Translations under genes and position numbers: made by a program
Notes under the pieces: model-generated
The model's input: only the letters and a program-made list of their open reading frames with translations
Told to the model about the DNA's origin: nothing
Database searches by the model: none
In this document: in pieces, positions 1 to 8,986 of the stretch
Position numbering within the stretch: the stretch's first letter is position 1
Layout: every line of letters begins with the position of its first letter
Source of the DNA: an uncultured delta proteobacterium
Lineage (GTDB): Bacteria > Myxococcota_A > Polyangia > Haliangiales > Haliangiaceae
NCBI GenBank assembly: GCA_963743525.1
Contig: CAVUQH010000003.1
Span: 800,001-864,000, forward strand
Length of the DNA: 64,000 bases
Direction of reading: 5' to 3'

Positions 1-1
1 G

Positions 2-1615
2 CGGTGGGCGACGCGCGCGCGAGCGAACAACCTGCGCCGCTTCCGCAAGCCGGTGACCGATCTCCTGTGGCGGCTGGGCGACGCCATCCGCGCCGACGGC
101 GACGATCCGGCGCTGGGGCGAGCGGCGACCCTGGGCCGGGTCGCCGCGTGGTGGGCGCTGTGTGCCGGCGGACTGGAGCTGTTGTCGCTGGTCGATCCGG
201 AGACGCCGGCGGTGCGCGCGCGCATCGACGGCGCCATCGCGGCCATTCGCGCGGCGGCCGGTGCCGCGATCGCCGGCGCCAGCACTGCCAGCTGGAGCGC
301 CGAGGTCACCGCCGCGGTCGACGAGCTCGGCGCATCCGGCACCGCGCTGGCGCTGGCGGTCGGCGCGCTGCTCACCGCCGTCGACGACGGCGAGTCGGCT
401 CTGCGCGGCGGCAGCGACGGCGATGTTGCCTACGCCATCGCGCGGTTGTGCGAGACCGCCGCCGAGCTCAGCGCGCTGGGCGCCGATCCGGCGGCGGCGC
501 TGGCGCCGGCGCTGTCGGCGGCGACGATCGGTGGCATCGCGGTCGGTCGCGTCGACGCCGAGCTCGAGCAGCGGGTCGCCGCGGCGTCGGTCCCGGGAGG
601 GCTGCCGGCGGACATCGCGGCGTCGGCGGTGGCCGAGCGGGTGGGGCCGCTGCTGCGGCCGGCGGTCGAGTCGCTGGTCCGCGCGCTGATCGAACGCCGC
701 GTTGACGCCGCGCGCGCCGCGCGACCGACCGGGCGCATCGGTCCGTACCACACCCTGCACCGCCTGGGCAGCGGCGGACACGGCGAGGTCTGGCTGGTGC
801 GCCGCGACGGCAATCGCCGGTTCGTGCTCAAGATCCCGCGCCGCGGCGCCGCCATGTCGGCGTCGATGCGCGCGTCGCTGGCCGAGCTGCTCGAGCGCGA
901 GGCGGCGTTGCTCGAAGGCCTGCACGAGGGCAAGGTCGCCTCGTTCATCGACTACGGCTGGGACGGTGACCTGCCGTATCTGGTGCTCGAATACCTGGTC
1001 GGCGCAGACCTGCACCGCTACAAGAGCGTCCGCCCGCTGTCGCTCGGCGAGGCGGCGCCGATCGTCCGCGACGTCTGCATCGGCCTGCGCGCGCTGCACG
1101 GCCGCGGCATCGTGCACCGCGACCTCAAGCCGAGCAACGTGTTCCTGCGCCTGCAGCTGCCGGCCGACGCGGGTGAGCAGTTCACCGACGACTTCCGCGA
1201 TCCGCAGCGGGCACCGGTGGCCGATGCGGTGCTGATAGACTTCGGCGTGGCGCGGGTGATGCGCGACGCCGGCGGCGGCGATCACCCGGAGGGCACGCTG
1301 GGCTACATCTCGCCCGAGCAGGCCGAGTCATCCGACGTCATCACCGGGGCCAGCGACATCTACGCGCTGGCGGCAACCCTGTTCGATGCGCTGACCGGCT
1401 ACCGCTTCTTCGAGGATCGCGTCGGCGCGACCGCGCAGCTGATCGCCCACGCCTTCGAGCGGCCGCTGCGCACCCGGCCGATGTCCGAGCAGGCCGTCGC
1501 GCTGCCCGACGAGCTGGTCGCGCTGCTCGACCGCGCGACCAGCCTCGATCCGGACGAGCGGCCCGACGTCGACGCGTTCGCCGCCGCGTTCGCGCGCATC
1601 AGCGCCACAGCGTGA
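2..1615 (+). CDS. Hanks-type Ser/Thr protein kinase with C-terminal kinase domain (5' partial)
   Basis: Motifs GSGGHGEV, VLK, HRDLKPSNV, DFG and GTLGYISPE. The frame is open to the window edge. Confidence 0.9.
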   Translation, partial: RWATRARANNLRRFRKPVTDLLWRLGDAIRADGDDPALGRAATLGRVAAWWALCAGGLELLSLVDPETPAVRARIDGAIAAIRAAAGAAIAGASTASWSAEVTAAVDELGASGTALALAVGALLTAVDDGESALRGGSDGDVAYAIARLCETAAELSALGADPAAALAPALSAATIGGIAVGRVDAELEQRVAAASVPGGLPADIAASAVAERVGPLLRPAVESLVRALIERRVDAARAARPTGRIGPYHTLHRLGSGGHGEVWLVRRDGNRRFVLKIPRRGAAMSASMRASLAELLEREAALLEGLHEGKVASFIDYGWDGDLPYLVLEYLVGADLHRYKSVRPLSLGEAAPIVRDVCIGLRALHGRGIVHRDLKPSNVFLRLQLPADAGEQFTDDFRDPQRAPVADAVLIDFGVARVMRDAGGGDHPEGTLGYISPEQAESSDVITGASDIYALAATLFDALTGYRFFEDRVGATAQLIAHAFERPLRTRPMSEQAVALPDELVALLDRATSLDPDERPDVDAFAAAFARISATA

Positions 1616-4463
1616 GCGGTCCGGCGGGCAGGGTCACCTCGAACGACTGCTCGAGAGCGGCTGCCAGCTCGTCGGGCAGATGATCGCGGGCATCGCCGGT
1701 GACCGCGATGGCGACGCCGCTGCCGATCGCCCTGGTCGCGGCCAGCGCGCGGTCGATCGGCGCGCCGCGCGCGTCGGGGCCCAGTCGCTCGACCTTGCCC
1801 CAGTCGACCACGCAGCGGGCGCCGCTGGCGCGGCCGGCGGCGGTGGCGGCGCGGGCACTGCCGAACAGCGCCACCGCAACGGCGCCGCCGTGACGCAGGT
1901 AGAGCAGGTCGCCGGCGGCCGGCCCGGCCTGCAGCTGTGCGAGCACGCGGGGCACGTCGGCGTCGGCGGCGATCAGCACCGCGGCGCTGGTTCGCGGTCG
2001 CGCGGTCATGCGGTCGACCAGAACCTCGCCGGTGCGCGGCGCGCGCGAGCTCGCGGCCCGTTCGAGCCAGGCCTCGACCTCGCGTTCGACCGCGCGCTCG
2101 ACGTCGCGGGCGCCGTAGCGGGCGGCGGCGATCGCCGCGACCACGCGGTCGCGCAGCGCCCGCGGCGGCACCGACGACGACGCGCCGCTGGCCAGCACCC
2201 GCTCGAGCACCCGCGCCAGGTGGCGGTCGGCGATGGCGGCCAGCGCCTGTGGTCCCAGTCGGCGGAAGCGGATCACGGCGCCCAGTCGGCCGACCAGCTC
2301 TGGCGCCAGCGCGCCTTCGAGCCGCCGGCGCAGCGCCTCGTCGTCGCCGGCATCGGGCCCGGCGGCGCGAGCGCCGAAGCCGATTCCCCTGGCCGGCGCC
2401 GGCTCGTCGGCGAGCAGGTTGGAGGTCAGGATGACGACCGCGTCGCGAAAGCTGACCGCGTGACCGCGGGCGCCGCGTACCCAGCCGGCATCGAGGATCT
2501 GCAGCAGCAGCTGCAGCACGTCCGGGTGGGCCTTGTCGATCTCGTCGAACAACACCACCCGGGCCGGGCGCGCGCGCAGGGCGGCGACGAGCTGTCCCTC
2601 CTCGCTGTGGCCGACGTAGCCGGGGGCCGCGCCGAGCAGGCGGGCGACGGCGTGGCCCTCGCTGTACTCGGTCATGTCCAGGCGCAGCAGCGCCTCGTCG
2701 CTGTCGAACAATAGCTCGGCCACGGCGCGGGCCAGCGAGGTCTTGCCCACGCCGGTGGGACCGGCAAACAGCATCGACGCGATGGGTCGCCCCGGCTCGC
2801 CCAGCCCGCGGTAGCCGCGCTGCAGCGCGCGGGCGGCGGCGTCGGTGGCGTCGGGCTGGCCGATTACGCGCTCGGCCAGCAGCCCGGGCAACCGGGACAG
2901 CCGCTCGCTGTCGGTCAGCGACACCAGCTCGAGCGGCAGGCCGCAGCGCTCGGCGATCACCGCGGCGACGTCGCCGGCGCCGACCTCGTGGCCGTCGCCG
3001 CTGAGCGGGGTCGCCGACAGCGACAGCGACAGCGCGCGGGTGATGGCGCGGGCGCACGCCTGGTCGAGCAGATCGAGCGCCTTGTCGGGCAGGCGCCGGT
3101 CGGGCAGGTAGCGGATCGACAGATCGACCGCCGCCTCGCGCGCGCTGGCGGTGATGCGCGCGCCGTGGTGTTGTTCGAGCGCGGGCGCGGCGCCGTCGAC
3201 GATGGCCAGGGCATCGACCCGCCCCGGCTCGTCGACGCGGATCAGCTCGAGGCGGCGCATCAGTGCCGCGTCGCCGGCCAGGTGGCGGTCGAGCTCGCGC
3301 GGCGTGGTCGCGCCGATGACCCGCAGGCGACCGCGGGCCAGCGCCGGCTTGAGGATGTCGGCCGCGCCCATGCCACCGTCGGCACCGGCACCGGCGCCGG
3401 TGATCAGGTGCAGCTCGTCGATGAACAGCACCAGTCGCGGCTCGGCTTCGGCGGCGGCGATCACCGCCTCGAGGCGCTCCTCGAAGTCGCCGCGGAAGCG
3501 GGTGCCGGCGAGCAGCGCCGACAGCGACAGCTCGAATACGCGCGCGCCGTGGAGCGGCGGCGGGCAGGCCGGCGACGCCAGGGTGTGGGCAAGCGCCTCG
3601 ACCAGCCAGGTCTTGCCCACGCCGGGCTCGCCGACCAGCAGGGCGTTGGGCTTTTGCATGCGCACCAGCGTGCGCAGCAGGGCGCGGAGCTCGTTCTTGC
3701 GCCCGAGGATCGGCGGCGGCGTGCCGCGGGCGAGCGCAGTCAGGTCGCGGCCGAAGCGGCGCAGAGCGGCGGGTACCTCGGCGGCCGGAGCGCTGTCGGC
3801 GCGGGGCTGCGGCTGCGGGCGGCGCCACTCGATCGCCAGCGCCGCCGGAGCGCGCCCACCGGCGGCGACCGCCTCGTCGACCAGCGCATGGGCGACGGCG
3901 TCGATGTCGCCGGCGGCGGCCAGCGCGGCGATGCGCGGGTCGTCGACCGCCAGCCACAGGCCGGCGTTGCACAGGAGCAACCGATCGCCCGGCGCCAACG
4001 CGACGAACACCAGGTCGGGCTCGGTCGGCGGTCGAGCGCCCAGGCTGCGCGTCAACACCCGGCGTCGCGCGCGCCGCCGGCCTTCGCCGCGATCGATCAG
4101 ATCGAGCTCGACCAGGTCGCACGCGGTCGAGTGATCCCAGGTGAGGCAGACCAGGCCGCCGCCGTCTCCGGTGATCACCTCGGGGCAGTAGCGCGGCGCC
4201 AGCGGTACCGGCAGCTCGCGTCGCGCCGGACCGGGGCGGAACAGATAGGCGCGGGCGTCGCCCATCGCGGCCAGGGCGCAGCGGTCGCGGGCGGGGTCGA
4301 AGCCGGCCGCCAGGACGCTGGCGCGGATGCCGGCAGCGCGGGCGCCACGGTCGTGGGCGCGGACCAGATCGAGCAGCGTGCCGGGCTCGCCGCTGGCCGC
4401 CAGCTCGAGGATGTCGGCGCCGTCAGGAGCGCTTGCTCGTGCCCACCGGTATGGCTCGCTCAC
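1599..4463 (-). CDS. ClpA/ClpC-type double AAA+ ATPase with N-terminal degenerate PP2C domain and C-terminal degenerate class III cyclase-like domain
   Basis: NBD1: GEPGVGKT, LFIDELH, AGTRFRGDFEERL. NBD2: GPTGVGKT, GYVG, FDEIDKAHPDV, GIGFG loop. PP2C-like: GDARAYL, LTWDHS, LTRSLG, PGDRLLLC. Confidence 0.9.
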   Translation of the reverse strand: MSEPYRWARASAPDGADILELAASGEPGTLLDLVRAHDRGARAAGIRASVLAAGFDPARDRCALAAMGDARAYLFRPGPARRELPVPLAPRYCPEVITGDGGGLVCLTWDHSTACDLVELDLIDRGEGRRRARRRVLTRSLGARPPTEPDLVFVALAPGDRLLLCNAGLWLAVDDPRIAALAAAGDIDAVAHALVDEAVAAGGRAPAALAIEWRRPQPQPRADSAPAAEVPAALRRFGRDLTALARGTPPPILGRKNELRALLRTLVRMQKPNALLVGEPGVGKTWLVEALAHTLASPACPPPLHGARVFELSLSALLAGTRFRGDFEERLEAVIAAAEAEPRLVLFIDELHLITGAGAGADGGMGAADILKPALARGRLRVIGATTPRELDRHLAGDAALMRRLELIRVDEPGRVDALAIVDGAAPALEQHHGARITASAREAAVDLSIRYLPDRRLPDKALDLLDQACARAITRALSLSLSATPLSGDGHEVGAGDVAAVIAERCGLPLELVSLTDSERLSRLPGLLAERVIGQPDATDAAARALQRGYRGLGEPGRPIASMLFAGPTGVGKTSLARAVAELLFDSDEALLRLDMTEYSEGHAVARLLGAAPGYVGHSEEGQLVAALRARPARVVLFDEIDKAHPDVLQLLLQILDAGWVRGARGHAVSFRDAVVILTSNLLADEPAPARGIGFGARAAGPDAGDDEALRRRLEGALAPELVGRLGAVIRFRRLGPQALAAIADRHLARVLERVLASGASSSVPPRALRDRVVAAIAAARYGARDVERAVEREVEAWLERAASSRAPRTGEVLVDRMTARPRTSAAVLIAADADVPRVLAQLQAGPAAGDLLYLRHGGAVAVALFGSARAATAAGRASGARCVVDWGKVERLGPDARGAPIDRALAATRAIGSGVAIAVTGDARDHLPDELAAALEQSFEVTLPAGPLTLWR

Positions 4464-4770
4464 CGTGTCCCTCGCCCGAGGTCGGGCTCGTCGGCGGCTC
4501 GCCGCGGTGCGCCCGGAGGATCATCACGTCGTCGAGGAGCAGATCCAGGCGCTGGAGATACCCGAGCCGCGGCGGGCTCGCCTCGATCATTCTACTGCGG
4601 GCGAGGTCGTGGAGGGCGCAGGTGTCGTCGAACAAACCGACGGTGAAGGCCAGGCAGTCGTCGCAGTCGGCGAGCTGGTGGGCCACCGGCGCGGCGCTGT
4701 CGCCGGCGCCGGCCGTGGTGCCGAAGACGTGGGCGAGGATGGCCTCCTCGTGGGCGGGTGAGTGACTCAT
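4423..4770 (-). CDS. Small ZAS-like zinc-binding putative anti-sigma factor (115 aa)
   Basis: ATG overlaps the sigma factor stop (ATGA at 4767-4770). HQLADCDDC resembles the ZAS HxxxCxxC motif. Confidence 0.6.
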   Translation of the reverse strand: MSHSPAHEEAILAHVFGTTAGAGDSAAPVAHQLADCDDCLAFTVGLFDDTCALHDLARSRMIEASPPRLGYLQRLDLLLDDVMILRAHRGEPPTSPTSGEGHGERAIPVGTSKRS

Positions 4771-5288
4771 CGTTCGTCCGCCTCTCGGGGAAGCCCCAGC
4801 ATCGGCCGTATGCGGTCGAGCAGCTTCTTGTAGTGGAAGTAGGGCGACTTCTCCGGCCAGCCGCACAGGGCCTGGGCGTCGCCCACCGAGCGCCCCTCGA
4901 ACACCACCCGCCAGAGGAAGCAGCGCTCTTCCGGCGCGAGCTGGTCGAGCACGCTGCGCACGATCGGATCCGATTGCGGATCGAGTGCGGCGGGGTCGGG
5001 CGGCTCCCAGGCGTGGCCTTCGTCGCCGCCGGGCGTGGGCCACGCCCGTTCGTACTTGTTGTGGAAGCGCCGAATCTCGTCGAGCGCGCGATTTTTCAAG
5101 GCCATGTTCGCGTAGGCGGCAGGGTTTGCGATCACGGTGCCGGATTCGAGCTTGGCGTAGATCTCGGTGAGCACGGTCTGGACGAGGTCCTCGGGTTCGA
5201 TGCGGGTTCGGGCGTTGCGCAGCAGCAGCTGCGCCAGGCCCGTTAGCCGGGGTCTCAGTTGTTCGAAATCGCTGTAGTTTTGCCCCAC
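4767..5288 (-). CDS. ECF-type RNA polymerase sigma factor
   Basis: Region 2-like PEDLVQ...KNRALDEIRR and region 4-like LDQLAPEER...EGRSVGDA. GTG start preceded by GAGGG. Confidence 0.8.
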   Translation of the reverse strand: MGQNYSDFEQLRPRLTGLAQLLLRNARTRIEPEDLVQTVLTEIYAKLESGTVIANPAAYANMALKNRALDEIRRFHNKYERAWPTPGGDEGHAWEPPDPAALDPQSDPIVRSVLDQLAPEERCFLWRVVFEGRSVGDAQALCGWPEKSPYFHYKKLLDRIRPMLGLPREADER

Positions 5289-5438
5289 TGCCGGGCCCTC
5301 GCGGTCGAGCCCGGCATGGTAGCAGCGTCGGCCGGGCACCGGAAGAGCCCTCCCTGCGGTCAGACGGGCCAGGGGCGTGGTTTTGAGCTACGCTTTTACT
5401 GCGGGGGCACTGCGAGGGGCGACGTGAACGAACGGGCG

Positions 5439-5792
5439 ATGGGGCAGGACGAGCCGGTTGACGACAGCGCCATTCAGGCGCTGCGCGAGCTGGATCGGCC
5501 CGGGGAGCAGAGCTTCCTGGCCGAGATGATCCAGATCTTCTTCGAGGACAGCCCGCCGCGGCTGGCCGGCCTGCGGTCGGCGCTGGCGCGGGGAGACGCG
5601 GCCGAGGTCACCGACGTCGCCCACGCGCTCAAGGGCTCGTGCTCCAACTTCGGCGCGCAGGACCTGGAGCGGCTGTGCAAAGCGCTGGAGTCGGCCGGTC
5701 GGTCGGGGCAGCTCGACGGCGCCGACGCGCTGCTCGAAGAACTGTTCGCCGAATACGCCCGGGTACGGGCGGCACTGTCCCGCTACCTGTAA
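5439..5792 (+). CDS. Stand-alone Hpt (histidine phosphotransfer) protein
   Basis: AHALKGSCSNFGA Hpt signature. Confidence 0.9.
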   Translation: MGQDEPVDDSAIQALRELDRPGEQSFLAEMIQIFFEDSPPRLAGLRSALARGDAAEVTDVAHALKGSCSNFGAQDLERLCKALESAGRSGQLDGADALLEELFAEYARVRAALSRYL

Positions 5793-5801
5793 GCTGGAGC
5801 G

Positions 5802-6473
5802 GTGAGCACCGCCCGCGATACCTACCTGGTGTTGCGCGCCACTGCGCGCGTGTTGGCCGATTCCGAGCAGACGGCCGAGATCCACCGGGTCGAGGAGCTC
5901 ACCGGACGCCGCGCCTATCGACACCTGCTCGAGCGCGGTGCGCGCGACCCGGAGCTGCAGGCGATCCTGGCCGAGCGTCCGGAGCTGTCACCCGAGCAGG
6001 TCGACTACGACTGGCTGCGCACGCTGTCTGCCGACACGCTGGGCGGGGCGTACGTGCGCCACCTGGACGACAACGGGCTGACGGCCGTGTCGCAGGCCGC
6101 ACACACGCGCCACATCGACGACGCGGACATGGCCTACTTGATGCGCCGCTTTCGCCAGACCCACGACGTCTGGCACGCCCTGCTGGGATTGGGCACCACC
6201 GGTCACGAGGAGGTGATCATCCACGCCTTCAGCTGGGGGCAGCTGCGCCTGCCGGTATCGGCGATGGTGGTCTTCTTTGGCGCCATCAAACACATGGTCA
6301 TGGAGCGGCGGTGGGGCGCTTTGCGCCGGGGGTTGCGCGAAGCCTACGAGATCGGTCGGGACGCGGCGCCGCTGTTGCCGGTGCCGTGGGAGCACTACTG
6401 GGAGGAGCCGATCGAGGCAATTCGCGCCAGGTATGGTGTGCGCCAGTGCACCCGCGAGTTCGTTAACGGCTGA
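5802..6473 (+). CDS. Coq4-family protein
   Basis: TLGGAY and RQTHDVWHALLG...EE (HDxxH metal motif). Confidence 0.8.
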   Translation: MSTARDTYLVLRATARVLADSEQTAEIHRVEELTGRRAYRHLLERGARDPELQAILAERPELSPEQVDYDWLRTLSADTLGGAYVRHLDDNGLTAVSQAAHTRHIDDADMAYLMRRFRQTHDVWHALLGLGTTGHEEVIIHAFSWGQLRLPVSAMVVFFGAIKHMVMERRWGALRRGLREAYEIGRDAAPLLPVPWEHYWEEPIEAIRARYGVRQCTREFVNG

Positions 6474-6557
6474 TCGCGCGACGCACTGCGGCGTACGCGA
6501 AGCGTGCGCGTCGCGGTTGGGGCCACGCAAAGCCTTCGCGAGTGACGGGGCGGCTCC

Positions 6558-6731
6558 TCAGTCGGCAGTCAGACGGTCCTGGATCCCGCGCAGGACCTCC
6601 TTCTTCGCCTTGAGGCCCTCGCGGAAATCTTTCTTGTCGGTGTTGCCGATTTCCGCGCGCAGCTCGGACAGGTAGATCTGCAGCGCCTCGCTGAGGACTT
6701 CCGTCTCTTGATTGGATAGGTCGAGCTTCAT
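6558..6731 (-). CDS. Small hypothetical protein (57 aa)
   Basis: MKLDLSNQETEVL...; protein-like helical composition; fills the intergenic gap. Confidence 0.7.
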   Translation of the reverse strand: MKLDLSNQETEVLSEALQIYLSELRAEIGNTDKKDFREGLKAKKEVLRGIQDRLTAD

Positions 6732-6804
6732 GGCTTTCGGTGGAGCAATCGATGTGCCAGTCCGACGGCTCCGAAGTATGCTCCCGGCGACAAAGGGGGA
6801 ACCG

Positions 6805-8340
6805 ATGAGCCTGAATCTCGCCACGCTGCTCCGCGAAAACGCCGCTGCTCTGCCCAACAAGCCGGCGGTCATCATCAACGACATCGCGCTCGACTACGCG
6901 ACCATCGACGCCATGGCGCGGCGCTTCGCCGGCGGCCTGGCGAAGCTGGGGATCAAGCGCGGCCAACACGTGGCGCTGATGCTGCCCAACGTCCCCCAGT
7001 TCACCATCAGCTACTTCGGTGCCCACTACGCCGGCAACCCGGTGGTGCCGCTCAACGTGCTGCTCACCGCCGACGAGGTCGAGTACCACCTGAGCGACTC
7101 GGACGCGGTGGCGCTGGTGGTGTGGGAGGGCTTCATCGACCAGGCTCGCGCCGGCTTCAACCGCTCCGAGAGCTGCAAGCATCTGATCGTGGTCAAGGCC
7201 GACCGCACCGACATGACCGCGGCCGAGGGTGAGCACAACCTGACCACGGTGATCGGCACCGCCGAGCCGGTGCACGAGGTCGCGCCGACCGACCCCGACG
7301 ACACCGCGGTGATCCTCTACACCTCGGGCACCACCGGTCGCCCCAAGGGTGCCGAGCTCACCCACTTCAACCTGTTCTACAACGCCCAGTACATGGCCCA
7401 GGTTCCGGGGTTGCCGTTCCCGATCGCCGACGCGGTGGTGCTGTGCGTGCTGCCGCTGTTCCACAGCTTCGGCCAGACCGTGCTGCAGAACTCGGTGCTG
7501 TTCGGCGGCGGCACGCTGGTGTTGATGCCGCGGTTCGAGCCGGCGGCAGCGGCGCAGCTGATCGAGAAGCACGGTGTCAACTTCTTCGCCGGCGTGCCGA
7601 CCATGTACTTCGCGCTGCTCCACCACCCGGAGGTCAAGGACGAGTCGATGGCGTCGCTGATGCACTGCGTGTCGGGCGGCGCGGCGATGCCGGTGGAGGT
7701 GATGAACGCGTTCGACCAGCGCTTCAACGTCAGCATTCTCGAGGGCTACGGTCTGTCGGAGACGTCGCCGGTGGCCAGCTTCAACCGCCTCGACCGGCCG
7801 AAGAAGCCGGGCACCATCGGCCTGCCGATCTGGGGCATCGAGTTCATGCTGATCGACGACAACGGCGTGCGGATCACCGAGCTGGGCGCGCCGGGCGAAA
7901 TCTGCATCAAGGGCCACAACGTGATGAAGGGCTACTACAAGCGGCCCGAGGCCACCGCCGAGTCGATCGTCAACGGCTGGTTCCGCACCGGCGACATCGG
8001 CATCGTCGACGAGGACGGCTTCTACAGCATCGTCGACCGCAAGAAGGACATGATCCTTCGCGGCGGCTACAACGTCTACCCGCGCGAGGTCGAGGAGGTG
8101 CTGTACGCCCATCCGGCCATCGCCGAGGCGGCCGTGATCGGCGTGCCCGACGAGAAGATGGGCGAAGAGGTCAAAGCGGTCATCGCGCTCAAGCCGGGGC
8201 AGTCGGTCACTGCCGCCGACGTGATCGCCTACTGCAAGGAGCACCTGGCGGCGTACAAGTACCCGCGCACGGTCGACATCATCGCCGAGCTGCCCAAGGG
8301 CCCGACCGGCAAGATCCTCAAGCGCGAGCTGCGCGGCTAG
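6805..8340 (+). CDS. Long-chain fatty acid-CoA ligase
   Basis: YTSGTTGRPKG, EGYGLSET, GWFRTGD, PKGPTGKILK. Confidence 0.95.
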   Translation: MSLNLATLLRENAAALPNKPAVIINDIALDYATIDAMARRFAGGLAKLGIKRGQHVALMLPNVPQFTISYFGAHYAGNPVVPLNVLLTADEVEYHLSDSDAVALVVWEGFIDQARAGFNRSESCKHLIVVKADRTDMTAAEGEHNLTTVIGTAEPVHEVAPTDPDDTAVILYTSGTTGRPKGAELTHFNLFYNAQYMAQVPGLPFPIADAVVLCVLPLFHSFGQTVLQNSVLFGGGTLVLMPRFEPAAAAQLIEKHGVNFFAGVPTMYFALLHHPEVKDESMASLMHCVSGGAAMPVEVMNAFDQRFNVSILEGYGLSETSPVASFNRLDRPKKPGTIGLPIWGIEFMLIDDNGVRITELGAPGEICIKGHNVMKGYYKRPEATAESIVNGWFRTGDIGIVDEDGFYSIVDRKKDMILRGGYNVYPREVEEVLYAHPAIAEAAVIGVPDEKMGEEVKAVIALKPGQSVTAADVIAYCKEHLAAYKYPRTVDIIAELPKGPTGKILKRELRG

Positions 8341-8346
8341 GCGCGC

Positions 8347-8898
8347 CTACTTCCAGCCGCGGAGCTTGTGCTCTTCGCTGCGGTACAGGTCGAAGGCGGC
8401 GTGTACTGCGGCGAGGGCGCGGTCTGCCCCGAGCATGTCCTCGACGATCACCTGCTTGTGCTCGAGGACCTTGTAGTCCTGGAAGAAGCGCTTGATCTCG
8501 GTGATCGTGTGCTGCGGCAGTTGGCTGATGTCGGTGTAGTCGTTGAACGCCGGGTCGTGGACGTGGACGGCGATGATCTTGGTGTCCTCGCGGCCCTCGT
8601 CGGCCATGCCCATCACGCCGACGGCGCGGGCGCGCATGATCGCCAGCGGGGCGACCGGCTCGTTGCCCAGGACCAGCACGTCGAGCGGGTCGCCGTCGGG
8701 GCAGTAGGTGCGGGGGAGAAACCCGTAGTTGGCGGGGTAGTGCACGGAGCTGTACAGAATGCGATCGACCCGCAGCAGCCCGGTCGGCTTGTCGAGCTCG
8801 TACTTCACCTTGGATCCCTTGGGGATCTCGATGACGACGTTGAAGCCCTCGTGTGCCGTGTCAGGATGGTTCGGCAGGTCGTGCCAGGGATGGCTCAT
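8347..8898 (-). CDS. ppa: Family I inorganic pyrophosphatase
   Basis: IEIPKGSKVKYE, YPANYGF, DGDPLDVLV, FFQDYK. Confidence 0.95.
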   Translation of the reverse strand: MSHPWHDLPNHPDTAHEGFNVVIEIPKGSKVKYELDKPTGLLRVDRILYSSVHYPANYGFLPRTYCPDGDPLDVLVLGNEPVAPLAIMRARAVGVMGMADEGREDTKIIAVHVHDPAFNDYTDISQLPQHTITEIKRFFQDYKVLEHKQVIVEDMLGADRALAAVHAAFDLYRSEEHKLRGWK

Positions 8899-8986
8899 GT
8901 CACGCAGAATACACGACTGCCAGCAAATGCCGACACGCACCATTTCGATTGCCCGCGATCGGTTCGGGTCGCGCTACCCTCGATCG

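Noticed and set aside
1599..4463. ClpV/T6SS ATPase or housekeeping ClpB
   Set aside because: There are no T6SS genes, no Clp N-repeat and no M-domain coiled coil, and an IGF loop is present.
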